This document shows positions 29,950 to 38,516 of a stretch of DNA of 64,000 nucleotides, in pieces (positions within the stretch are counted from its first letter, which is position 1; every line of letters begins with the position of its first letter). The DNA is from an uncultured bacterium (GTDB lineage: Bacteria > Cyanobacteriota > Vampirovibrionia > Gastranaerophilales > JAILCC01), in contig CASDUJ010000008.1 in the NCBI GenBank assembly GCA_949283935.1, positions 10,957 through 74,956 of the forward strand, in the 5' to 3' direction. A program made the translations under genes and the position numbers. Under the pieces are notes generated by a model, which saw only the letters and a program-made list of their open reading frames with translations, did no database searches and was not told where the DNA came from.

Positions 29950-30183
29950 TTATGAATGACTTTCGATATAATCTACAGCATCTTTAACTGTTTGAATTTT
30001 TTCAGCTTCTTCATCAGGAATTTCAATTCCAAATTCTTCTTCAAAAGCCATAACCAATTCTACAGTATCTAAAGAATCTGCACCAAGATCAGTTGTGAAA
30101 CTAGCTGTTTCAACTACTTGTGCTTCGTCAACACTTAGTTGGTCAACAATAACTTTTTTCACTCTTTCTAAAACATTACTCAT
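29950..30183 (-). CDS. acpP: Acyl carrier protein
   Basis: [20 protein letters not shown]. Confidence 0.98.
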   Translation of the reverse strand: MSNVLERVKKVIVDQLSVDEAQVVETASFTTDLGADSLDTVELVMAFEEEFGIEIPDEEAEKIQTVKDAVDYIESHS

Positions 30184-30387
30184 TTTCTTTCCCTCATTTA
30201 TTCTAAAAAAATAGTTTTCGTACGCTAAATATTAAATTACAAAAACACAAAATTTGCAAATTTGTTAAGATAAAAAGTCAAAACTTGTTACCTAACCTAA
30301 ATGTATAAAATAATTTTACCTTGTTTACTAATTTGCAAAAACTTTTTCCCATAGACAATAAAAATGTGAATTTTTTAGGAGAAAATT

Positions 30388-30924
30388 ATGGAAAATAACG
30401 AACAAAATACAAATAAAAACAAAGAAAAAAAAGCAAAAAAAGAATGCAAAAAATTATTAATGGTAGCAATAATGTCTTTTTTAGGTTCATTTTTAGCTTT
30501 TTATGTTTTAATGCATCAAACAATACTTCATTATTTTTCACCTATCAGAAATGATATACTAAGAAATGAACGTCGTTTAATTCATGATTTTAATAAAGAT
30601 GCCCAAAAATTTATAGGTATACCCAAAAAAGAATTTAGACATTTTAAAAATAAAATATCTGCTATTCAAACTGAAAAATACGAAGATGCTTACGTAATAG
30701 TTGTTGATTTAAAGCAATTTAATAACAATGAAAACAATATTCGTTTTAATATAAATGGCAATATGGTAACTGTTTCAGGTAATGTAATTAAAGACAAACA
30801 TAACAAAGAAAATGCTTATTTCTTTACAGAAACCTTTGAAATTCCCGAAAAAATAAATATGGAAGAAATTAAAAAAGAAAAAATAGGCAATAAATATATA
30901 ATAACACTACCAATAGAATATTAA
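30388..30924 (+). CDS. Hsp20/alpha-crystallin-like protein with an N-terminal TM helix
   Basis: TM at ~aa 23-43; C-terminal YVIVVDL...VTVSG...FTETFEIPEKI...YIITLP beta-sandwich pattern. Confidence 0.7.
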   Translation: MENNEQNTNKNKEKKAKKECKKLLMVAIMSFLGSFLAFYVLMHQTILHYFSPIRNDILRNERRLIHDFNKDAQKFIGIPKKEFRHFKNKISAIQTEKYEDAYVIVVDLKQFNNNENNIRFNINGNMVTVSGNVIKDKHNKENAYFFTETFEIPEKINMEEIKKEKIGNKYIITLPIEY

Positions 30925-30942
30925 TATAAATACCCGATAATT

Positions 30943-30969
30943 TTTAGGGTTGATTGTTTCAACCCTAAA
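30943..30969. terminator. Hairpin between convergent genes (bidirectional terminator)
   Basis: tttagggttga-ttgtt-tcaaccctaaa. Confidence 0.65.
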
Positions 30970-32035
30970 TTTTTATTTTGGCATAATTTATAAATTTGAT
31001 TTTGTTTTTTGAATTTTTTGAAAAATAAAAATTTTCATCTTCAATTTTTTGGGCTTTATTTAAAGTCAAAAGTCTATTTAATCTCTTTTTGTTGTTTTCA
31101 TTAAGATTCAAAAAAAAGATTTGACTTTGATTCATAAAACTAAAATTTGACGAAGATATTTCATTGGTATTAAGCCAATTGTTTTGTTGTAAAATTTTAG
31201 ATGTCTTTTTAGTAATATTTGCTGGTTCTGTTAAAAAATAACCTTCATTTTGTATTCTAATAGAATTTACATATTCAAAAATTTGCAAATATTTTTCAAT
31301 ATTTAAACAGAAAATATTGTCAGAACAATAATTAATTTTAAAGGAAAATTCAATGTTTTTCTTTAAACATTCTTGAAAAAATTCATTAGATGGAGTAATA
31401 ATTTTTTCCAAAGAAAAATGATCGCAAAAATCTTTATCAGTAAAACAACTAATGTTTAATCTGTCTATTTGAGATAATTGTTCTGATAATTTTAGTTTGT
31501 CCATTTCAAAAATACAATTTGTAAAAAAATCAAAAGAATTTTCTTTTGAAAACAAACATTTAGGCTTACTTTCAAAAAATTGTAAAAGCTTATCCACGTA
31601 TTTGTTAAAATCTTGATTGTTTGTTTTGAAAAAATCAAAAAGTAAAATATTTTTAAAATTTTCTTTCAAAAGATTACAAATACTATTATTGAAACTACTT
31701 TTATTTAAAATTAAAAAAGAATCCTTGAAAAAACTATGAACACAAGGAACATATTCATTAAAATCACAACGTAATTTGTAATAACTCGTTTCTTCGAATA
31801 ACTCTTTTGTTGCTATATGTTTTTCTTTCATCCAACAAGTAATATTTTTTATGTTTGTCAAATTACAAAATTCATTAAATTCTGAAAGTAATTGCATCAA
31901 AGACAAAATGGTGTCAAGTTTTTTGACATTAATAAAATAAACATAGCCTTGATAGACAGCTATCATATTAGATTCAATATGCAAAAAATTTCCTATAGGT
32001 GTAAGTGTTTTAATATTTAAATTAATTGTGTGCAT
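30965..32035 (-). CDS. Hypothetical protein; degenerate orphan Csm5-like (type III-A RAMP) candidate
   Basis: Motif order like Csm5: LNIKTLTPI; YQGYVYFIN..KL; SFFKD..LILNKSSFNNSI (compare FIKD..PYIPGSSLKGAIR); LNISC (LxVSD); ECLKKNIEFSFKI. The Gly-rich motifs are lost. Confidence 0.5.
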   Translation of the reverse strand: MHTINLNIKTLTPIGNFLHIESNMIAVYQGYVYFINVKKLDTILSLMQLLSEFNEFCNLTNIKNITCWMKEKHIATKELFEETSYYKLRCDFNEYVPCVHSFFKDSFLILNKSSFNNSICNLLKENFKNILLFDFFKTNNQDFNKYVDKLLQFFESKPKCLFSKENSFDFFTNCIFEMDKLKLSEQLSQIDRLNISCFTDKDFCDHFSLEKIITPSNEFFQECLKKNIEFSFKINYCSDNIFCLNIEKYLQIFEYVNSIRIQNEGYFLTEPANITKKTSKILQQNNWLNTNEISSSNFSFMNQSQIFFLNLNENNKKRLNRLLTLNKAQKIEDENFYFSKNSKNKIKFINYAKIKI

Positions 32036-32215
32036 AGTTTTTTTTCTTTGTATATGACTTTAACCAAATATGCACTAGAAAAATTAATATATTTTCGGTT
32101 TATTTTTATTTTTGAAAATTTTTTTGCAAATTTTAAAAATTTAAGCAATTTTTTCTTCAAAAAAAACTTTAATAATATACAGGGAATAAATTAGGAAAAA
32201 CAAACGTTTTTATTC

Positions 32216-32244
32216 TTGTAAACAAAAACAAATACCAATAATAT
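32216..32244 (+). promoter_or_regulatory. Sigma70-like promoter for the sRNA candidate
   Basis: TTGTAA, 17 bp, TAATAT; overlapped by the inverted repeat tacca-ataata-tggta. Confidence 0.45.
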
Positions 32245-32249
32245 GGTAA

Positions 32250-32338
32250 TAGCTCAGTTGCTAATATAAAAAACAATGTATAATCTCTCTCTATTTCTCT
32301 CTCTCTATTTCAAGCTCTCTTTAAAGAGCTTTTTTTTT
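32250..32338 (+). ncRNA. CU-rich small RNA candidate
   Basis: 5' hairpin tagc-tcagtt-gcta, tandem tctctctctattt x2, and terminator aagctct/agagctt plus a T-run. No ORF, and no upstream + strand gene for this terminator to serve. Confidence 0.55.
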
Positions 32339-32422
32339 GCATAAAACTTTATATTTTATTTATTTGACTTTAATATTGCTATTTATTTATTATAAAGAAA
32401 GTTGGTAATATTTGAGGAAAAA

Positions 32423-33427
32423 ATGACTGATAAATTTGTGGCAATAACAGGATGTGGTTTGTGGGGTAGAAATTTAGTAAGAAATTTTTATAGTTTGGGT
32501 GCTTTGCATACTGTTTGTGATTTAGATTTTGAAAATCTAAAATTAATAAAAAATACTTATGAAGATATTCACTTTACGTCGGATTTTGATAACTTGTTAA
32601 CTACAGAAGAAATAAAAGCTATAGTTATTGCTACACCAAGTCATACACATTATGGCATGGTGAAAAAAGCTTTATTAGCAGGAAAACATGTTTATGTGGA
32701 AAAACCTATTGCTACAAGAGCTCAAGAGGCAAAAGAATTAAGTAAAATTGCTCAAGAAAACAACTTAACTTTAATGGTGGGGCATTTGCTTTTATATCAT
32801 CCTGCAGTAAATAGATTAAAAGAATTAGTACAAGCAGGAGTTTTGGGAGAAATTACTTACGCACAAAGTGATAGGTTAAATGTTAATTATTTTAAAAATG
32901 ATAGAAGTGTAATGTGGGATTTAGCTCCTCATGATTTATCTATGGTTTCTTATGTTTTGGGAAAAGATCCTATTAATGTAAAAGCTGCTGTAGGATGTTC
33001 TTCTGACAAAAATAATATTATGGACATAGTACATTTAGATATAAATTTTGAAGGAGATGTTCTTGCACATATTTCAGATAGTTGGATAACTCCAGCAAAA
33101 CATGTAAGACTTTTGGTAAGAGGAACAAAGGCTACAGCAATTTTGGATGATACAGTTCAAGAAAATAAACTTGTAATTTATGATAATTTATCTTCAACAA
33201 ACAAACATGTAGAATATCCTGATTATTTAGAAATTGAACCATTAAAATTGGAATGTCAGCATTTTATTACTTGTGTTAAAACTGGACAAACGCCTAGAAC
33301 AGATGGTCAAAATGGATATAAAGTAGTAAAAATTTTGGAAGAAGCAGATAGAATAATGCTTGGTCAAAAATATGATGAATTAGAAAAAATTCAATTTTCT
33401 TCGTCTAGAAGCAAGGCTCATCTTTAA
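32423..33427 (+). CDS. Gfo/Idh/MocA oxidoreductase (GnnA/WlbA-like UDP-sugar dehydrogenase)
   Basis: GCGLWG, ATPSHTH, HVYVEKP, MVGH, WDLAPHD and EPLKLEC motifs. Confidence 0.88.
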   Translation: MTDKFVAITGCGLWGRNLVRNFYSLGALHTVCDLDFENLKLIKNTYEDIHFTSDFDNLLTTEEIKAIVIATPSHTHYGMVKKALLAGKHVYVEKPIATRAQEAKELSKIAQENNLTLMVGHLLLYHPAVNRLKELVQAGVLGEITYAQSDRLNVNYFKNDRSVMWDLAPHDLSMVSYVLGKDPINVKAAVGCSSDKNNIMDIVHLDINFEGDVLAHISDSWITPAKHVRLLVRGTKATAILDDTVQENKLVIYDNLSSTNKHVEYPDYLEIEPLKLECQHFITCVKTGQTPRTDGQNGYKVVKILEEADRIMLGQKYDELEKIQFSSSRSKAHL

Positions 33428-33819
33428 TGTTTAAAAATCTTTTAAAAAGTTTATATTATGACTTTAAATCTGTATTTGTTATACAAAAAGTTAGATATAA
33501 AGTTACAGGTTCTTGTAAAAAATGTGGAAAATGCTGTAAAGATATAAGAATGAAAAATGCGGATAATGAAAGAGATTTCAAACTAACACAATTTTTTTTC
33601 CCCATGTATAGACGATTTGAAATAAAAGGAAAAGATGAAAATGGAGATTTGATATTATCTTGTAAACTTTTGAAAGAAGACGGAAGTTGTAGTGTTTATG
33701 AAAAAAGGCCAAAACTATGCAAACGCTTTCCAAACAAGATTTTATATTTTCAAGGCGTACTTCAAGAGGGTTGTGGTTTTAAAATAGAACCTGAAAAAAA
33801 ATTTGAAGATTATTTGTAG
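33427..33819 (+). CDS. YkgJ-family CxxCxxCC protein (paralog of 5967-6392)
   Basis: TGSCKKCGKCC...C.LL..DGSC.VYEKRP.LC..FP...CGF. Confidence 0.85.
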   Translation: MFKNLLKSLYYDFKSVFVIQKVRYKVTGSCKKCGKCCKDIRMKNADNERDFKLTQFFFPMYRRFEIKGKDENGDLILSCKLLKEDGSCSVYEKRPKLCKRFPNKILYFQGVLQEGCGFKIEPEKKFEDYL

Positions 33820-33884
33820 GAAAATAAGTATCATACTGATTTATTAAGAATTGTAAACTTTAGTTTGATTTTTAAAAAAAAAGC

Positions 33885-33911
33885 TACAGTTTTAAAAAAA
33901 CTTGCCGATAA
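33885..33911 (+). promoter_or_regulatory. Sigma28 (FliA/SigD)-type promoter
   Basis: TACA, 15 bp, GCCGATAA, upstream of the HD-GYP gene. Confidence 0.65.
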
Positions 33912-33946
33912 TAATACATGTGAAAAAAGGTTAGGGAAATATTATT

Positions 33947-35305
33947 ATGTCAACAAACATTGGAGATAGCATGGATAATAAGAGGAAATTAGAAGCTGAC
34001 CCAATAGAAGCAATTTTTGAACTAAATATGGGGGATTTTTTGACAGAATATCTTATATCTGATGATTTACTCAAAAAAATTAATACCTCTAATCATGACA
34101 AAACAGAAGGACTAAAAAAACAACTTAAAGAATTAATTAATGTATATTCTATAGATAATACATTAAATTTGTTAGGATTTAATAACAATGATGATTTTGT
34201 AATTTATAATTCTATTGCAAAAACTACAGTAAATATGCTAGATATTGATGCCTGTCATATCTTTTTAACAAATGAAAATACAAATTTAATTGATATAGAC
34301 AATGATTTAGTGTTGGTTGGAACATCTTTAGATAATTCATCTGAAATTTTTAAACAAAATATTGGACTAAAATTTGAAAATATTGACAATATTATTGTGA
34401 AATCTTTTCTTATGAATGATATAATTTCGCTTAAAAATTTAGAAGCAAATCCTGAATGGCAACCAATACAAGCATTAAATGAAGATAAAACAAAGTCAAT
34501 AGTAATTGTTCCTATGAGTAGTAATTCTGGCAAAGTAGGAATTATTTTACTTGAATCTTATAAAGAAAAATCTTTAATGAAAGAATTTACTGATTTAGTT
34601 GAAGTTACTGCCAAGCTTTTTGTAACATCAATGAATTTACAAAAACTTGTTGAAGAAACGGGAAATCTTTTAAATGACGAAGAAACATCTCCTATGGAAT
34701 TAAGACATATAAGAACGGAATTAACTGCAATTATTGGAGATTTAAGTGATGAACAACAAATTTTTGTTGAAGCTTTAGCAAAATCTGTTGATGCTAAAAG
34801 CCACTACCAAACTCATCATTCTTTGAAAGTAGCAGAACTAACAGCAAAAATATGTGATTATTTACAATTAAACGAAAAAACAAAAGAATTAATATATTAT
34901 GCAGGTATGTTGCAAAATATAGGAAAAATTACTTTACCTGAAGAACTTTTTACCAAAAAACAAAAACTGTCCAAAGAAGATTGGGACAAACTTCAAAATC
35001 ATCCAAATGTTGGAGTAAGTTTATTAATGAAAATTAATTTTTTGTCAGAAGTTGTTCCCTATGTTCATTATCATAAAGAACGTTGGGATGGAAAAGGTGA
35101 ACCAGAGGGATTGTCAGGAAATAGTATTCCTTTAGGTTCTAGAATTATTGCTGTAAGCGATGCTTATACAGCTTTAACAAGCGATAGACCTTACAGAAAA
35201 GCTTTATCTAAACAAGAAGCTATTGAAACTTTAAAGAAAGAAGCTGGTATTAAATGGGATCCTGTTATTGTGGATGCTTTAGTTCATTTAGAATTAAATA
35301 ATTAA
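33947..35305 (+). CDS. GAF + degenerate HD-GYP domain protein
   Basis: GAF-like region; HD-GYP fold with QNIGK in place of HDIGK and GEP in place of GYP. Confidence 0.85.
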   Translation: MSTNIGDSMDNKRKLEADPIEAIFELNMGDFLTEYLISDDLLKKINTSNHDKTEGLKKQLKELINVYSIDNTLNLLGFNNNDDFVIYNSIAKTTVNMLDIDACHIFLTNENTNLIDIDNDLVLVGTSLDNSSEIFKQNIGLKFENIDNIIVKSFLMNDIISLKNLEANPEWQPIQALNEDKTKSIVIVPMSSNSGKVGIILLESYKEKSLMKEFTDLVEVTAKLFVTSMNLQKLVEETGNLLNDEETSPMELRHIRTELTAIIGDLSDEQQIFVEALAKSVDAKSHYQTHHSLKVAELTAKICDYLQLNEKTKELIYYAGMLQNIGKITLPEELFTKKQKLSKEDWDKLQNHPNVGVSLLMKINFLSEVVPYVHYHKERWDGKGEPEGLSGNSIPLGSRIIAVSDAYTALTSDRPYRKALSKQEAIETLKKEAGIKWDPVIVDALVHLELNN

Positions 35306-36234
35306 ATTATTTTTTCTATTATATAAAGAGGACGATTTTTAGTTTCATTGTAAGTTTTTCCCAAATATTCACCTAAGATTCCAATACTAATTAGTTGAAT
35401 ACTATTTAGCAAAAATACAACTGCTAAAAGTATTTCAAATTTAGGTATTTGATTTGTAATAATAAAAAAGCAAATACTATGTGCTAAAAAGCCCAAACCA
35501 ATCAAAAGAATTAATATACTTACCCAAAAAGCAAGTTTTAATGGTTTGGTAGAAAATCCTGTAATTCCTTCCCAAGCTAATGCTATTAATTTTTCAGGTG
35601 AATATTTACTAAAACCTGCTTTTCGTTTTTGTCTTACATAAAAAACTTTTTCTTGATTAAATCCTAAAAGTGGAATAGTAGCTTTTAAAAATAAATTTTT
35701 TTCATTAAAATTTTTTAATGCTTCAACAGCTTTTTTGCTCAAAAGTCTGTATTCTGAATGATTATAAACTAAATTAATTCCAATTAATTGCATAAATTTA
35801 TAAAACATTTCAGCTGTATATTTTTTGAAAAAACTATCAGAAGAACGATCTTTTCTTATTCCATATACAATATCTGCTCCAAGTAAAAATTTATCAATCA
35901 TTTCGTACATAGCATTAATATCTTCTTGTAAATCTGCGTCAATTGTAATGTATATATCTGCATCAATATTAAAAAGTCCTGCAATGATTGCATTTTGTTG
36001 ACCAAAGTTTCTTGAAAGTTTTATACATTTTATCGAATGATTTTGTTTTATTTCTTGTTGAATCAAATTATAAGTGTTATCAATACTTCCATCATCAATA
36101 AAACAAATAAAACTGTCTGCAGATACTTTATTATTGGCAATTAAACCAGACAATATTTCTTTGAAACAATTAATAGAAGTTTTAATTAAAGATTCTTCAT
36201 TATAAACAGGTATTATAATTGCTAATTTATTCAT
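35302..36234 (-). CDS. GT2 glycosyltransferase (GtrB/DPM1-like)
   Basis: IPVYNEE, DDGS, SRNFGQQ, DADLQ, two C-terminal TMs and RPLY. Confidence 0.93.
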   Translation of the reverse strand: MNKLAIIIPVYNEESLIKTSINCFKEILSGLIANNKVSADSFICFIDDGSIDNTYNLIQQEIKQNHSIKCIKLSRNFGQQNAIIAGLFNIDADIYITIDADLQEDINAMYEMIDKFLLGADIVYGIRKDRSSDSFFKKYTAEMFYKFMQLIGINLVYNHSEYRLLSKKAVEALKNFNEKNLFLKATIPLLGFNQEKVFYVRQKRKAGFSKYSPEKLIALAWEGITGFSTKPLKLAFWVSILILLIGLGFLAHSICFFIITNQIPKFEILLAVVFLLNSIQLISIGILGEYLGKTYNETKNRPLYIIEKII

Positions 36235-36250
36235 TTAATTTCCTTGAATG

Positions 36251-36643
36251 TTAACGTTTTATTCTATGTTTGGCAAAATTGTCAACTGCATTAATTACAT
36301 TAGCATTTGCGCTTAAACGTTTTTTTTTCTTGTCACGTTGTCTTTGCAAATTAGCAAACCATATAAAAGAAAGACATATTATAATAACTAAGCACAATAA
36401 AATACCGCCAAAAATTTTAATTATTAAACTTGAAAGCTTTCCTGTAATTTTTTTTACTTTCGGTTGTTTTTTTTCTGGTTCAAAAACAGGTCTTTCTAAA
36501 ACATCTTCAGGTTGTTGATCTATTGTGGTTGTTGATACAGCTATAATATTATAAGATTTGGCTGAAGATGTTTGTGTATTAAAAAAGGTATTAAATGAAA
36601 AAATACATAACATAACTAATATTATAGAAAATATTTTTTTCAT
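36251..36643 (-). CDS. Hypothetical membrane protein
   Basis: Signal peptide plus one TM helix; downstream of rne. Confidence 0.7.
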   Translation of the reverse strand: MKKIFSIILVMLCIFSFNTFFNTQTSSAKSYNIIAVSTTTIDQQPEDVLERPVFEPEKKQPKVKKITGKLSSLIIKIFGGILLCLVIIICLSFIWFANLQRQRDKKKKRLSANANVINAVDNFAKHRIKR

Positions 36644-36650
36644 TGTTTTA

Positions 36651-38483
36651 CTACTCCTCTTTTGATTTTGGTTTTCTACCTCTTGTTGATGTTTTTTTTG
36701 TTGGGGTTGTTTTTTTACTAACTGTTTTTCTTCTTTTTGTTGGGGTTGATGTTATTGGTTTTTCTTCAACTGTTTCAGTTGGATTAGTTGTTTCTGGTAA
36801 TGAAAGTTGTTGAACCTCTGTAGTTTCAGAAGGTTTATTTTCTTCTGTTGCAATTGATTCTATAGGTTTTGCAAAAATTGCTGCTTCTGCATTTTCAATT
36901 TCTGATAACATCATAAATGTATCCCGATTTAACCATTGTGGAAACTTTTTATTAACTGTATTAATTGGAATTTTTGCACTTTTTACAATTTTTGCAAGTG
37001 GAAAATATATTCCTGATTTACTTATGAAATTTTTTAAGACTTCACAATTAAAAATAAATTTTGTAAATTCTTTTCTTTCCTTTTGTTGAGGTTTTTGAAT
37101 TGTTGCATTCAAAGAAGGCGAAGTTTGTATTTTTCTTTCTTGTATTTCTTGAGGTTGTTTATTCTCATTTTGGTTATTTTTTATGGTTTTATTTTGGTTA
37201 TTGTTTTGAGGTTTTATTGGAGTTAATTTAATTTTAGAGCTTTTAGCTTTGTATTCAGTTTCATTTGGCGAAGATGCAAAATTAAATGCTTCCATTATGT
37301 AGCCTGTTCCATTACAAGCTGGACATTTTTTTGTGAATATTTCTTGCAAACTTTGACCTTGTCTGTGTCTGGTTAATTCAACTAAACCTAAATCAGAAAT
37401 TTGTCCTATTTGCGGATTAGCTTTGTCTGGCTCCAAAGCTGCTTCAAAATGTTCCAAAATAGCAAGTTTATCCGCTCTATTATCCATATCAATAAAATCA
37501 ATAATAATCATTCCGCCTATATTTCTTAATCTTAATTGTCTTGCTATTTCTTCAATTGCTTCAAGGTTAGTTTTTCTTATAGTTTCAGCTTGAGATGCTC
37601 CACTTGTGAATTTCCCACTATTTACATCAACTACCGACAAAGCTTCTGTTTGTTGTATAAATAAATAGCCTCCGCTTGGCAAAGTAACTTTTGTTTGTAA
37701 GGCATTTCTTATTTCTTTATCTATCCCTTTGTTTACAAGTATATTGTCCATACCTTTATGGACAGATACAGTTATATTGTGATTCATATTCCAATTTTGT
37801 AATAATTGATTAGCTCTATGCATAGCAAAAGATGTGTCAACTATAATTTCATCAGTATCTTCTGTTGCAGCTTCTCTTATAACTCTATACAATAAATCTT
37901 GATCTCTTGCCACCAATGCAGGAGGATTATGCGTATCAACAGCACTTACAATGTCATTCCATTTTTCAAGAAGAGCTTCAATATCTTCTTGAATTTCACT
38001 ATCTGTTTGTCCTTCAGCTTCAGTTCTTATAATTACACCCACGCCTGCAGGTTTTAAAAGGCTCACTATTGATTTTAGTCTGGCTCTTTCTTTGGAAGAT
38101 TCAATTTTTTTACTTACATTAATTCCTTTTTCATCAGGCATTAAAACTAAAAATCTTCCCGGAAGAGAAATGGACATTGTTACTCGAGGTCCTTTATGCC
38201 CTGTTGGTTCTTTTACTACTTGAACAAGAATTTTTTGTCCGGGTTTTAATTTTTCTTCTAAAGATCCTTTTCCTATTACATCAGATGCATGTAAAAATCC
38301 CATTTTGTCACTGCCTACATTGACAAAAGCAGCTTCAATGCTGGGTAAAATGTTTTCTACTGTGGCTAAATATACATCGTTTAATAAAATATCGCCTCTA
38401 GTTACATAAAATTCTGAAACTTTGTTGTTTTCTATCACAGCAGCAATATTATCGCGCTCTGATACAACGATTGATTTTGTCAT
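36651..38483 (-). CDS. rne: Ribonuclease E/G
   Basis: S1 domain; VDVNSG, RLRNIGGMIIIDFIDM and CPACNG motifs; disordered tail. Confidence 0.95.
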   Translation of the reverse strand: MTKSIVVSERDNIAAVIENNKVSEFYVTRGDILLNDVYLATVENILPSIEAAFVNVGSDKMGFLHASDVIGKGSLEEKLKPGQKILVQVVKEPTGHKGPRVTMSISLPGRFLVLMPDEKGINVSKKIESSKERARLKSIVSLLKPAGVGVIIRTEAEGQTDSEIQEDIEALLEKWNDIVSAVDTHNPPALVARDQDLLYRVIREAATEDTDEIIVDTSFAMHRANQLLQNWNMNHNITVSVHKGMDNILVNKGIDKEIRNALQTKVTLPSGGYLFIQQTEALSVVDVNSGKFTSGASQAETIRKTNLEAIEEIARQLRLRNIGGMIIIDFIDMDNRADKLAILEHFEAALEPDKANPQIGQISDLGLVELTRHRQGQSLQEIFTKKCPACNGTGYIMEAFNFASSPNETEYKAKSSKIKLTPIKPQNNNQNKTIKNNQNENKQPQEIQERKIQTSPSLNATIQKPQQKERKEFTKFIFNCEVLKNFISKSGIYFPLAKIVKSAKIPINTVNKKFPQWLNRDTFMMLSEIENAEAAIFAKPIESIATEENKPSETTEVQQLSLPETTNPTETVEEKPITSTPTKRRKTVSKKTTPTKKTSTRGRKPKSKEE

Positions 38484-38516
38484 ATTAATTTTTTCCTCAT
38501 ATAAAATTTTTTAAAC

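Noticed and set aside
30927-30940. Sigma28-like CCCGATAA
   Set aside because: It lies between convergent genes with no downstream + strand ORF.
32244-32265. tRNA-like TAGCTCAGTTG
   Set aside because: It resembles a D-arm start, but no anticodon arm or T-arm follows.
30925-32400. CRISPR array near the Csm5-like gene
   Set aside because: Only one GTTGAAAC-like end is present, inside a terminator hairpin; there are no regularly spaced repeats.
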